A stretch of DNA of 64,000 bases from Octopus vulgaris (taxonomy: Eukaryota). This document shows, in pieces, positions 26,133 through 40,314 of this stretch. The notes beneath the pieces are model-generated. The model ran no database searches, was not told the origin of the DNA, and worked only from the letters and a program-made list of their open reading frames with translations. The DNA lies in NCBI GenBank assembly GCA_951406725.2, contig OX597820.1, positions 84,072,001 to 84,136,000 on the forward strand. Reading direction: 5' to 3'. A program made the position numbers and the translations under genes. The stretch's first letter is position 1, and each line of letters begins with the position of its first letter.

Positions 26133-27142
26133 TACTATGTATTGGTACCTGTCGGTACTTTGTATAAGTAGTAATATGTCATAATATGACCGGATAACAA
26201 TAGTTTACTTGTTTCAGCTTTTCTTCTGTTCTACATATTTACGTACGTACGCATGTATGCATGTATATATGCATGTATGTATGTATGGATAGATGGATGG
26301 ATGGATGAATGGATTGTTGGGTGGATGGATAATTTTATGCACGTAAACATGTGCATACGTTTATATGTGCTGATAACAATGTTTCTGTCAAAAACAATGA
26401 TATTGCCGTTCGGAATATTTATAGACTTATGGAAATTACTACTCTTTTTCTCGGCAAGTGATTCTCGTCACATATCTATGGAGAACAGGCAATGACATGG
26501 TGCAACCCCTTGATGCAATTGGCTGAAATTTATAATCAACATGTTCAGTCGTTGAACTTAGAGCACTGAGGTAGCGTACTCATAATGTAATTATTTTGGA
26601 CAAAATATATAACCGTCCAAGACGTTAGATATAATTTCTTAAATCGGAATATAAACTCCTGCTTCGTTTAATTCTAGTCGGAAGTAAGGAAACAGCAGAA
26701 ATTCTATGAATTAATAAAGATAACTTTATGGTCGTATATTTCGCACGTGCTTTTTCTTAACAGTAAAGTCACGTAGATTGCTATTCAACATGTCATAAAC
26801 ATGTTAAGAGTTGTGTCCCGTGCTTCTACCTCTTCACGAAATTACAAGTAATTTTATAATTTCCTATACTGATATATATTATAGTCCTCACCGCATAATT
26901 ACTACAAGTTAACATTTTAATATTTTCTGTATTGTGTAAATATCAAATAAACAAACAAACAAAAATATCTAGAATTCAATATTGGCTCTCCAAAAGGTAT
27001 TTATTATGAATTTAACTTCCAAAACGAGGAATTAAATCAGACTCTGACAAATAATTCAGATGTAACTTGTTCTCTCCTGAAAAAATTACTTTCATCCATT
27101 CCAGTTAAAGGCTTTTACATGATATATTAACTTCAGTACAAG

Positions 27143-27155
27143 CGAGAAGCCCATC

Positions 27156-27249
<94 letters not shown>

Positions 27250-27540
27250 GTATATATATATATATATATGTATTAATGTATGTATGTATGTATGTATGTT
27301 TATTCCTGTGTCCGTCTATGTGTCTGTGTCCGACCCCACACAATCGCCTGACAACCGATGTTGATGTATTTATGTAACCGTACCTTAGCAGTTCGGCAAA
27401 AAAAAAAAGAAATAGAATAAGTACTAGCCTTACAAAGAATAAGTCCTGGGATCGATTTTTTTCCACTTAAACCCTTAAACACGGTGCTCCAACATGACAA
27501 CAGCAGTCAAATGATTGAAACGTGTAAAAGAAGAAAAGAA
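27143..27540 (+). mobile_element. SINE family B, 3' portion with expanded (TA)n
   Basis: GAAGCCCATCG(TA)n...GACAACCGATGTTG...AGAATAAGTACTAG...CGGTGCTCCAACATG. Confidence 0.8.
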
Positions 27541-27776
27541 TGTAGAGACAAAATCAACTTCGGCGGAATTTGAGCTCAGAAAAATAAAGACCCGGTAGTA
27601 ATGCCGCTAAAGGTTTTGTCCGGTAGGATAAGAAATTCTATAAGCTCACAGCGTAAGCAAATACTACTACTATTACTACTACTTAAAATAACAATAATAA
27701 TGACGATGATGATGACGACTACGACGACCACGACGACACCGATGATGATGATGATGATGATGATGATGACGACGAC

Positions 27777-27809
<33 letters not shown>

Positions 27810-29963
27810 GCTGACTATGATGATGATAATGATGATGATGATGATGATGATGATGCTGATCCTATTTGCTGCTAATACAACTGTGATGACGAAGGTACTT
27901 CTACTCGGCCACTTACGCTGCTAGAAAAAGAAAAGAAACCGGCTAAATATACCTTACGTAACACCCTGCAATCTGAAATGACTTTCTACAAAAGCAGGAA
28001 CGTTTTTCATGATAGACCTGCTTCATCACAGCTCGCCTAGGGCTAAACAAATACATTAACAGTAACGTCAACAAAAACTACAATAGTTCAGTGACTATAA
28101 CAATAACATCAATCACAGCTTCTGCAGAAACGAATGAATAATTGAAACTGCAGGTATTAATAGATACAATAATGCAGGCATATTACAGAACTCATATGTA
28201 AGTCCAACAAACACACTCATATATCAGAGCCTCTATACATATACATATATCACTATACATCACTTTCAAAGTTACATGGTCGTAGGGGGTTGTGATACAA
28301 TCTTGTTTTACAAGCGCATACACACACATACATAACAAACATATGTATATATATACAGGTGTGTACGAATATATGTGATGGTCGTATGTTCGTGTGTGTG
28401 CCTGTGTCTGCCTGTATGTGTAGTGTTGTTCCATTGTACTCAAGTCTTTAGGCTAATGAACATAATGGTCTGGATTTAATTCTCACGCAATGCGGCGTGT
28501 TCTGTCCTTGAGCAAAGCTTTTTTTCAATATTCTTACCTGAAATGATAGCAGTAGCTGAGAGTCAAATGTGCAGTTGTATGGCATTCTGCCCAAGGGTGG
28601 GAGGGATTTCATTCTCAGTCATTTATACGCTTTGGAAACTAAGATAGGATCGGTCGTAATGAGTTTGTATAATCGAAACAGACATGTTATACACATGCGA
28701 TTTAGAGACTCGTAGTACTTATATGCGTATGTATGTGTGCGTAGTTACATATAGCTACATGCATATGTGCGTGTGTGTGTATGATAGATGTAAATATATA
28801 TATATATGTGGGGTGGGTGTATATTGATATGAATGAGTGTATTTGTTGTATCATCAATAAATAGCAGGTGTACTGTGATATATCTAACTCCTAGCCATGT
28901 AGGAATTCCCGCTAGGAGGTCTACAACTACAGAGTCACTCGAAGTGCTAGAAATAGTGAGCTTGATTTCTCTCAGATCACATTGTACTGCTCTTAATACA
29001 AGAAAGTATTGGACGCTGAAAGACATAGATACATGAAGTACTGGATGGTAGCAGGTGAAATAGCTGTTATATGTTTGTTCACCCGTACTTCACTTTGGGT
29101 TAAGTAAAAAAAAACTTCATTAGTTGTTCAACCGGTCGGCAGCGGCAGCGGCAGCAGCAAGCAATACCAACAATATCTATTTCTTTATTGCCCACAGGGG
29201 GCTAAACATAGAGGGGACTAACAAGGACAGACAAAGGGATTAAGTCAATTACATCGACCCCAGTGCATAACTGGTACTTAATTTATCGACCCCGAAAGGG
29301 ATGAAAGGCAAAGTCGACCTCGGCGCACCAAGAAAAACATAGCCGGCAACAGCAATAACACGATAACAACAACCACAACACGTGGGTCGAAATCAATACT
29401 TCAACATGGGGAAAGTATCATGAACAACAGTGTCAATAACAAGAACTGAATCAACAGATAGAAGTCGCTAACACTAATAGGCAACGCCACTAACTCCAGT
29501 AACGTTGGTTGTAACTACAGATATAACAATATCAACCATGAATCTGCAAGAACACCACCGACAACACCACAACCATCATAACCTCCGCTAAAACAAACAC
29601 TATCAGTATCGCATTTGCTCTACCACACCATTACAAGATCGTGATCAACAAAAACAATAATCGGCACTGCATTGATGATAGACAAAATATCTAGATTTAG
29701 TTATATTTGGAGATGATCATAGATTTTTCTAATTAGCCACATCCACTATATACTTTACGTCAACTGGCAGAATTGTTAGCGTGCTGGACGAAATGCTTAG
29801 CAGTTTTTCGCCTGTCGCTACGTTCTGATTCCAAATTTCACTGGGGTCGACATTACCATTCATTCTTTCGCGTTCGATAAAATAAATAATAATTGAACAC
29901 TGGGGTCAATATAATACCTCCTCCTCTCCTCAAAATGTCTGCCCTTGCGGCAAAATTTGAAAC

Positions 29964-30049
<86 letters not shown>

Positions 30050-30050
30050 C

Positions 30051-30090
<40 letters not shown>

Positions 30091-30091
30091 A

Positions 30092-30143
<52 letters not shown>

Positions 30144-30149
<6 letters not shown>

Positions 30150-30319
30150 CTTATTTTTATCACTACCGAGCGCAGCTATGTGGCCTTGGGTATGTGCTGT
30201 GATTTGTTGTGATGCTCTTATTTTTACTGTATTGAAAGTGTTTTACGTAGGATATGTGCAGTGCAGAGTAGTGCTGTTTTATGTTATATATACTTGTTAG
30301 TCTTTGTATATTTGCTATA

Positions 30320-30322
<3 letters not shown>
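30144..30322 (-). mobile_element. R4/Dong-like non-LTR element, extreme 3' fragment
   Basis: Reverse complement matches 55245-55430 (CACTGCACATATCCTACG-AAAACACTTTC, GAGCATCACAACAAATCACAGCACATA, AGCTGCGCTCGGTAGTGA). Lies between (ATT)n tracts. Confidence 0.85.
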
Positions 30323-30375
<53 letters not shown>

Positions 30376-30579
30376 TGTCGCACACTTTCTTCACACATCC
30401 TGTCTCCCCTTCAGCGACACTACAACCTCCTCTCCTATTTAGTCCATTCTGTCCCCAAATATAAACAATATCTGTGTCAACACTTTATTTCACATCAAAA
30501 AATATCTATCATCTGATATAACGTGAATCATGAGACTATGAAATGTGAGGTGAAACATATTTTCTTTCAACTGTTATCT

Positions 30580-31158
30580 CTTTCTTGTTTTAGTGAGTGT
30601 ACAGAAGGTATGTTGGGGCACCACCTTGAAAGGTCTAATCGAGCAGATCTCCCCCTGTTGTTGCCTTTATTTTTTTAGTCTAGTGTTTATCAGTTTCTCT
30701 TACCGAAACTCACGGAAACGTAAATATATATGGCCGGTTGTAAGCGGTGTGGGAGGACAAACAGAAGCACAAGGACATAAACTTACATATACATATACAC
30801 ATATGTGTGTGCATGTGTGTGTGTGCGTGTGTGTTTGTGTATGTGAGTGTGAGAGTAAATTCACTCACATCCGTGTGTAAAAGAAAACGGAGAGGACCTT
30901 CATGCAGTGCCTTTAATGGAAGTTTAACAACATCGTTGCGCACAAAAACGTGAGTCCAAGAAGTAAAGCTTCCTTCAAAGCAAAGCAACAAATGCAATCG
31001 TCAGGTAGGTAAGATGTTTTAAACAGGAGCGATATAATCAAAAGGCTTGGCCGTCTAGAGACTAGAGTAGAAGACACTTACTCAAGATGACATGTAGTAG
31101 GAATGAACCCAGAACCAAGTGGTCGAGGAAGAAATGTGTTACCATATAGCTACGCCTA
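30580..31158 (-). mobile_element. SINE family B copy interrupted by a 170-bp segment (30870-31042)
   Basis: Family B motifs at 30610-30780 and 31043-31158 (AGTAGAAGACACTT...GAACCCAGAACCA...TTACCATATAGC). Confidence 0.7.
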
Positions 31159-31506
31159 TGTTTATCTTTTTACTTTGCTACCTATAGTTAAGCACAATTT
31201 GACAGTAGAGACGGTGGTATTGGTTTTGTTACTGTTTCGTTCTTTTCTTTTAAGATTCTTCTTTATAAACAACATCACGTTACACATTTTTTTTAAAACG
31301 TATTTTAAAGGCACAAGGCATGAAAGTTTTGGAGATGAGAGATAGTCGATTGCATCGACTGCAATACTGAGCTGGTACTTTTTTCACCAGCGTCAAAAGG
31401 GGGAAATTTAAACCTAGATCGTAAAGCCGGAAGAACTGCCGTGAAACATTTTGTCCAGTATGCTAACGATTCTACCTGCATGAGAATAATAATAATAATA
31501 ATAATA

Positions 31507-32482
31507 ACAAGAACACCCAGAGAGCGCAAACCTCCGCCAAGGTAATACCAACTTCTTCTCAAAGATTAGCCGGTGATGATTTTTAAAATGACAATATCTG
31601 CTCTCACAAACGAGAATACTGAAAATGAACCCTACCGATCTCAAAAATTAAGTAAAAGAACGGAAAAATAATCCAGAATCCTTGTCCGGTACCTGATCGA
31701 TCCCAAAGGTAGTCATAGAATGTGAAGATGGGCGTACGGGTCGTGTTTGTAATGCTGTGTCTGTGCCGTCTGCAGTGGGAACATGGACAGTTTTCGCACT
31801 GTTAGCGTTTCTTTACGACCATTAAGGTCTAGAGTGAAAAATTTAACCGTGTGTAAAAGAAAACGGAACGGACCTTCATGCAGAGCTGCTAGTGGAGTTT
31901 TAACAACATCGTTGCGCACAAAAACGTGAGTTTAAGAAGTAAAGCTTCCTTCAAGGCAAAGCTAAAAGTGCAATTGTCAGGTAGGTAAGATGTTTTAAAG
32001 AGGAACGATATATTCAAAATCGGTCAAACTAAAAACTGTCGAGAATAAATTTATTATTGTTACTGTATATCTCGTTTGCTAACGTAGTTTGAATTCTTTA
32101 TCCATCAGTTTCTACTAAGATAGAGAGGCGAATAAAATTGAAAACTGAGAAACGAATGTAAAACTTTGGAAATAGCAACGCCGCCATAACTTACGTGTAA
32201 ACCATGAGCGCGCTTTCAAGAGAAATAATCAGAGAAAGACTTGAAATTTAACGTAAGATCGTAATACATCTTGTAAAGTAACTATAACAAATAATCCAGA
32301 ATCGTTTTCCGGTACTGGATCGATACTAAAATCTAATGAGTTGATGCAAGTCATGAAGGCCAAAGATCCCAGAAAATTCATCGGAATGCATCCAGCGGTT
32401 GATGAGATAACTTGTCCAAGACATGCAAATAAACAAATGCAAATACAAACAATATCTCCACTTTCGCTAAGGCGCAGGTAAT
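31507..32482 (-). mobile_element. Helentron-associated non-autonomous element (HINE/DINE-1-like)
   Basis: On the minus strand it begins TTACCTGCGCCTTAGCGAAAGTGGAGATATTGTTTG... and ends CCTTGGCGGAGGTTTGCGCTCTCTGGGTGTTCTTGTT. This gives inverted subterminal repeats ACCT(C/G)CGCC / GGCGGAGGT, a 3' short hairpin and T-rich termini. Internal direct repeat ATAATCCAGAATC...CCGGTAC..GATCGAT at 31668 and 32292. Confidence 0.7.
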
Positions 32483-32508
32483 AATAATGATAATAATAAT
32501 AATAATAA

Positions 32509-32977
32509 CATGCAGTACCCTGATGCAATACCCTGCCCTGATGCAGTACTATGCCCTGATACAGTACTGATGACATGATGCAGTACCACGCTTCCATGCA
32601 GTACAAGGCAGTGGACACCCATGGCTTTTTATTTTAGGTGTTTGGAAGTGTTGCCATGTTAATGTCTTGTCTTGATATAAATGATGGAATCAGCAAATAT
32701 TCTAGTTAATACTACAGTCTTGCTTATCGGTTACTTGACCTTAACAAGTTGAGCCTGTTACTTTGTGGCTGAAGATATGTACATCTCTGATCATAATCAG
32801 AAGTAGTAAGGGAGCATCATAGTTATATGTTGAGACGAATTCTTTGGGGTTTAAATAATTAACCCCTGAAGAAAATTCTGAGCTGCAAGATCATACACTG
32901 TTTATCTTGGCTGCGGGGCATATTGGGCTTATTAGTACCCCAGTGTCACATTGGTGGCATGCATTGCTCTTTTACTC
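32509..32977 (+). mobile_element. Family D element with internal deletions and tandemly reiterated 5' end
   Basis: Homologous to 10305-10858. Begins with about six variants of (CCTG)ATGCAGTAC and is flanked by (AAT)n. Confidence 0.78.
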
Positions 32978-34129
32978 AATAATAAGAATCTTTTCTACTG
33001 TAGTCCATAACACTCGGAAATTTGAGACCTTGGGTTAGTCAATTATATAGATCACAGTGCTCGACTCTTATTTATTTTATTGAAACCAGAGGGATTAAAT
33101 GGTAATGTCGACTTCGACAGAATCTGAAGTCAGAACGCAGTCGGAAGAAATGCCGCTGAGCATTGTGACCGTGGTGGTAATGATTCTGTCAGCTCAAAAA
33201 ACTATTTCAAATTATGTCAAAAGGCCAGCAATTTTAAGAGGGGTGGGTATGTCGATTACGTCTACCTGGTCGTTCGAGTGGTACGTTATCGATTTTAAAG
33301 TCAGTTTCATTTGCTTGAAGGTAAACAGGAGATAGTGTAGTAAAAGGAGAAGATAGCTAAAAATTTCATCGAATTTTCATAGAATGTCCAACTCGGCATC
33401 AGCCATATTATATATCACCACGTGGTACTCAAAATCAATAAACGTCAGTTACTTTATGTGATACCACGTGGTATTACCATATCTAAACAACAGCATCAAC
33501 AAATGCATCTCACGTTTTTATCAGCATGTGGTTCGCAGTAGCTGATCGATTAAGAATGTAAGAATGAGTCTAAATATGCAATGAAGGAACGTCTTTGTGG
33601 AGACTGGATCCGCTAGAAACATCAGCGAAATCATCTTACCGAATTCATGTTCCACCAACAGTAAAAATGGTTATACACTAACTGTTGCACCCGTTGACTC
33701 CTCAATGGTTTGAACAGTCATGGCTAGAATGTCTTTGATTGACGAGGCTGATCTCCAGCTAAATAACACAAAAAAGATCAATAATACTACCATTTCAGTC
33801 AACGACAACAATGTCGCATTTCATGTTTATTTTGGGGCTGTACTTGTTCAGTCCTCTGGGACACGTGATTGCGTAAATCAAACATAAAAGGCATTGCTGC
33901 CATGCTATTCTGTCATTTCTTTTATAACTGTGATTAGATTGCGCAATGTATCTTTTATTTCTTTAGAGGTTAAGCATTGATTTCAAGGAACTTGGCTACT
34001 AGTTCAATCAGCTTAAATTACCACTCAAGATACATTCAGAAGTATGCGGTTCTCGTTTAATAACAAATGCTGTTAAATGCAATTGCCAGAATCCTTCTAC
34101 ACCATATTAACTTGTGCTTAGTTCTGCCA

Positions 34130-34550
34130 TCCTACTAGACTCAACGCAATACCGTTCTGTGTATATTACTATATACACAATAGTAAACTACGTAAAAGTT
34201 TCAATTACGACAATAAGTAGAGTATACTTTATTCTATATTGTCTATTGTCGTATAACACACTTTTTACACTACAGTAAAGTGTTAAAGCCTACATTACAA
34301 ATAGGTATTATGTACACTAGTGAAAAGTCAGCACAATCCTACAATAGGTCTAGTTATTATATATCTAATATATACGTAAAGTCTCGCATTAAAAATGGGT
34401 ATCATACAAATATATTATAGAAAAGCGTGTGTAGTCCTACAATATTATTAATTACCATATACAATTTAGTACAGACTGTGCGTTCTGCATTACTAGTAGG
34501 TGCAATACGCTGTACAGTAATTGCCATCGTAAGCCTACAAAATTACTAAT
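34130..34550. repeat. Highly degenerate tandem repeat, about 49-bp subunit in a 98-bp higher-order unit
   Basis: CCTACAA at 34338, 34436 and 34534 (98-bp spacing) alternates with C(A)TTA..A.T(A/G)GGT blocks near 34289, 34383 and 34484. Confidence 0.5.
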
Positions 34551-35819
34551 ATTTTGACATTCAAAATGGGCAAACTTTTACATGTACGTGCGCAGAAATA
34601 ATATTCATATCTCGCTCTCTAATTTCCCTCGATCTAACTTGTAGCAAGTCATGTCCACCTTTTGTAAATCATTAATAAGATGATGTTATATAAATATTTC
34701 GTTTCCAGCCGACATAGCTATTGTGATTCCAACCGAAGCCAAGTTATTTTGTCCTAAACAACACGTTCATTTTGATAATTTTCTTATTGATGTATCTTAT
34801 TTAAAAGATCTTTCTTATATTTTGCCATACGGAAATCAAATATGTCATTTGTTTTAACGTAAGAAACCTAACAAGAGCTAAATGATAATTTGGAATGTTT
34901 AGATGAGTTGTCAATGTGGAGATCAGCTTGCAACAACTTACGCGTCTACACATTAGTCAGCTGGTGACACTATCGCACTAGTTTCACCAAACGTGTATTA
35001 TTTCTGTTCCTATGTTCCCCAACGCCTACAGACAACTCTGGCAGTGATTCCTATTCACAACGTTGTGCATTGCTTTTCTCTCAGTTTATTTATTTATTTA
35101 GTAAGTTAGTTACTGATGTAGTTAGTTATTGCCATCAACTTCTAATAACAACCGAAGTAACAGCAATTTCGTCAGTGTTCTTACAGTTTCTCTGAAAATT
35201 ATACAATCAAATCATTAATGAATGATTAAATCACTCAAATCATTAATGATAAAAGTATTAAGTTCGAATGGTTGGGTTCATGGCATTCGTTGATAATCTG
35301 GCCCCGCCTAAAGTTCTCCAATAACTATGTATAATTCCTCGTAGAACGAAGAATATGAGAAAATGTGTTGCTTGAATACAATGCTACATCAACAAGCTGT
35401 CACACAGCTTATAATCAGAATTAGAGTCCCAGTTCAGTTATATGATAGGCCGCGGCAAATAATTGCCTAAAACTAAATATTCTCAGGGGATTTTATACTT
35501 CTCGGTATCAGTGGGAATGATAGTATGGCACAATCAAAGATTTGTTGTGTCACGAAATGGGGAAAAATCATGATGCGTTGTTGAAACTTAGAAGAAACGG
35601 ATCTAAAAATAAGCAACCCCAAATCTTATACAGTCTGTATTAGGAAAAGTAGTTCGCCATACAACACAATATGCTGCTCCGTATAATTCAAGAGAAAACT
35701 ATAAAAACACTATAATGTCCAAAATGTTTCACAACATATGATTTCAGTATTAATCTGAGGGATGTCAACCACAATGCATTGTTATGTCTTGAACGTTGAA
35801 AATCAGATCATATATTAGT

Positions 35820-35961
35820 CAGGGGCAAAATGTGACCCGCGGGAATTTCTGAAAAGCAAGCCAATATAATGTTTCTGCGAAAAATTTGTAGTCGTGTGGC
35901 GCTCCTGATGACAAACAAAGGTTTCAATTGGGCCGCCTTTAGAGAAAGCTTATCAATGCCT
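35820..35961. mobile_element. Possible degenerate hAT/Charlie-type MITE
   Basis: Starts CAGGGGCAAAATGTGACCCGCGGG and ends AAAGCTTATCAATGCCTG, with internal GGCC-rich motifs reminiscent of Charlie-type MITEs. Weak. Confidence 0.25.
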
Positions 35962-36211
35962 GTCCGCTCATTCCAATAACACTATGCTGCATTCTAGATT
36001 TAAATCATACAAAAATATTTACTCCACAAAATATACAGGTAACTTGAGTAAAATGCATTCAAAGAAAAAAAATCGAATAAAAACCAGTGCTTCAACTATA
36101 TATATATATATATATTTACATACACCCCTGATAAGAACAACAAGGAATACAGTGTAGAAAATTCTTCATGTACATCTTAAAAATGAAATAACATAGTATG
36201 TGAAAAAAAAT

Positions 36212-36268
<57 letters not shown>

Positions 36269-37176
36269 AACTACTACTACTACTGCTATTCTTCTTTTCT
36301 TCTTCTTCTATAGATGATGATGATGCTTTTATAAATTGGTAGTCAAACAAATAAACTCACCACCAGTTTTATAAAACTATCAACATAGGCTTCTATTTAT
36401 ATATACATATATATGTACTTACCATCACCTGTATCTCACAATAGTGCGCGCATGCACACACCGAGACAATATATAGAAATATGTAATCAAAAAAACCAGA
36501 AACGCTAATTCCATATAAATAGAATATAGAACCCAGTGGTACAATGCACCGATTGATAGTGACTTCGAATTTTCATACGTTGGTAGACTTGTCGAAGAAA
36601 TTTTTACCTCCTATGCGTCAACGTGCCTATCTGTCTCTCTCAGTACACCCACCCACAAAACACACAAACATATATATATTACTCTCTGTATGTACTTATG
36701 TATATAAGTATATATATATATATATACAAAATGGCTAAAAAATATTTTTAAAAATCATATAAATACATATACCTACATTCATATATACATACATACACTC
36801 ATATATATATATATATACATATATATATACATATAAGTATATGTGTATATATGTATAAGTTTTGTATCTGTATAAGTTTACTGTTCTCTTATTAGTAGAA
36901 CAAGAATAAAAAATGATCCCTCGAGTTAGGGATAACTAACATTTACTAGGCACTGTATTTAAATACCAGAGGCTAATGGCTTCATGCTGTAGAAAATTCG
37001 GCACATGTTTTGCCAGTCCAAGAAACCCAGGGAGGATTATAATTCCAGTACATTAATATACACGTTTCAAGTCATTCAGCTACCGCTCTTAGACTGTTCT
37101 CTCTTGCAATACCTGGTTATTTGAACATTCCTTGGCCTAAGAAATGATAGTTATGAAGAAAACGCGGATACTTACG

Positions 37177-37242
<66 letters not shown>

Positions 37243-37607
37243 CCTGTGTGTGTGTGTATGTATGTATGTATGTATGTATGTATGTATGTATGTACGTACG
37301 TATAACAAAAAATTCTGCGAGCCAAAATGAGAAACCGGCTGGATCGAGATCATGCTTTTATTTTTTACCTGTCTCTCGCTGGAATTCACCGGCCGTTTTA
37401 AACTCAAAGCAAATGATGTCACTCTAATAATTGTCCTCATGAAATTGATTTGTTGTTTAAGTAGCATTTTAGAAACATTATATTTGAATGCAGTGTGATT
37501 AAAATATATTATGTGGGAATATTTTAAAATATTAATATCAGTGGGCGTCTCTGTGTGTTCTTTGAGTCAAAGATTTTGTTTTAATACTCACACGCACACG
37601 CACACAC

Positions 37608-37664
<57 letters not shown>

Positions 37665-37694
37665 GAGGGAGAAGGTTAGAGAGAGACGGAGCTA

Positions 37695-37823
<129 letters not shown>

Positions 37824-38699
37824 ACACATATATATATATATAAATACACACACACAGATATATATATATACATACACACTTGTATATATTTATATCTACT
37901 CAAACACTTGCCCACATATATGTGAGATGTTAGTATCAACGAAGGTATGTATCAGTATGTATACGTAAAGAAATATTTCTACCTTCCTACCTATCTATGA
38001 GCGTAAGTATTAGAGAGTAATGAGGTGCGATTTATTTGAAATCGATTTACTAATATTTAAAAATCACTGCAAACTGAATTAGTTATACGCTATGAATATG
38101 TGTTTATAAACATTTCGGGTGTGAACCCGAGAATACTCTTCAATATTTCAAAAGCACGACGTAATTATTGTTGCAATATTCTTGTGATATTAACACATCT
38201 GTTGGTCATTATAAAAAATAATTTCCATCGGATTTTCTATGCGAAATGTCATTAAAACAAACAGAAGAAGCAATAAAATTAAACACGCGAGGAAATGAAT
38301 ATATTCTAAATCTGGAGAAAAGAATGAAATTTTAAAATATAGAAATCGATAACAAGATAACAACACATTCACACATACACACGTACATTCACAAACACAC
38401 ACATACATGCATATATATATATATGTGTGTGTATGAGTGTGTGTGTGTGCGTGTGTATATTTCTTGAGGTTTCTTACGGTTTCCATGTAATTTCCAATAT
38501 TACCCTCCCCAATATCCTAGAGAGTAATTGACCGTTAGTTGGCATTACGTTGGGTAATAAGAGGGTAGAGTTTGCTAGATAGGACAGAACGGTATCCTTG
38601 CTGTTGAAGGGATACAGAGGAATGCTGAATAGCGTGTCTCTACGCGAGTGAGTATGTTATACGTATGTATGTATGTATGTATGTATGTATGTATGTATG

Positions 38700-38730
<31 letters not shown>

Positions 38731-39034
38731 GTAGGTATGTATGTATGTATGCATGTGTGTATGTATGCCTATATGCATGGATGTATGTATTTATGTATGT
38801 ATGTACGTATGTATCCATGCATGTTTGTAAATATGTATGTATATATGTATGTAAGCATGCATGCATGGGAGTACGTCTATTTGTGAATCCATTTATCTAT
38901 TTCCGTCTGTCTCTCTGTGTATATATTTATATAAATGCAAGTACCTATATACATACCTACAAAGATATCACTATACATACACACACACACTCTCGCACAC
39001 ACATATATATATTTGAGTATACATGCATACACAA

Positions 39035-39114
<80 letters not shown>

Positions 39115-39671
39115 GTATGAATATACATACACACACAAGCACATACATATATATTTGCATATATGTCAGCTTGTTTGCTCGCATATGAATATATACACGC
39201 ACATATATTTATGTCTGTATGCATGTATTTGTATATATCTTTACGTATGAATGTTTATTTCTCTGCACATATACATGCATGTCAGTAATGAATTACCTGA
39301 CGTGAGAAACGAACAGCACTTCAAAAGAAAAGTTTCAAATTATATTTAGAATAGGGGCTAATTGCACGAAACACACCCACTCCTATACCAACACATATCC
39401 ACAGGGATGCAGATAGAGACATGGAACGCAGAACAACCCACACACATGGAGAACCAAAGAAAAAAAATGATTCATTAAACACGTACGTATTTATTGTAAA
39501 TCATCCTTTGAAGGAGACTGACATTATAAATATAAATATGAATATGAATATATATGTGTGTGGGTGTATGTGTTTGTATTTATATACATGTTTATAAATG
39601 TATATATAAAGTGTGTATGTGTGAGTATATGTATTTATATATTTATTTATTTATATGTGTGTATATAAATG

Positions 39672-39703
<32 letters not shown>

Positions 39704-39706
39704 CAT

Positions 39707-39741
<35 letters not shown>

Positions 39742-40281
39742 CATATGTATAGGCATATATAAACACGCACATATGGACTCTTGGATGTATGTGCGTATAT
39801 GGATGTATGGATGAGTGAATATGTGCATATGTATGTATCTGTGAATGTATGTGTGTATGAATGTATTTATGTATGTAAGTATGTGAGTATACATGTATGA
39901 ATAGTAATATATGTGCTTCTGGATATACTTATGAAAGCGTCAGCCCCACACAACTATGAATGATGATCGACGTGTACTTGCTTCAATAATAGCTACGCAA
40001 TGTCAAACAACGAAGAATTTGGCATCTTCATTCACAACTGATCCTTGCTGTACTATTTCACACATTTATCTGTGTGTAGGTCGGATGCTAGTCTACTGCT
40101 GTACAACATCAGCCGAATCTTATCGTGATATATAGTCGACTGGATGTTTTTCTAGTCGTCAGTAAACGCATGAACTGGTCAGGAAGTGAAATGTAATAAA
40201 TAGGAAATAATCATGAATAAATACACGCAACAGGTTATACGTAGTTAAATAAATACGTAGGTTGATGGGGGTCTTTGCTTG

Positions 40282-40314
<33 letters not shown>

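Noticed and set aside
34130-34550. Regularly spaced motif considered as a CRISPR-like array
   Set aside because: The repeats are short and degenerate, the spacers resemble each other, the context is eukaryotic and there are no cas genes.
38520-38653. Possible exon ending at GA|GTGAGT
   Set aside because: All three frames from the nearest acceptor contain stops and there is no other support.
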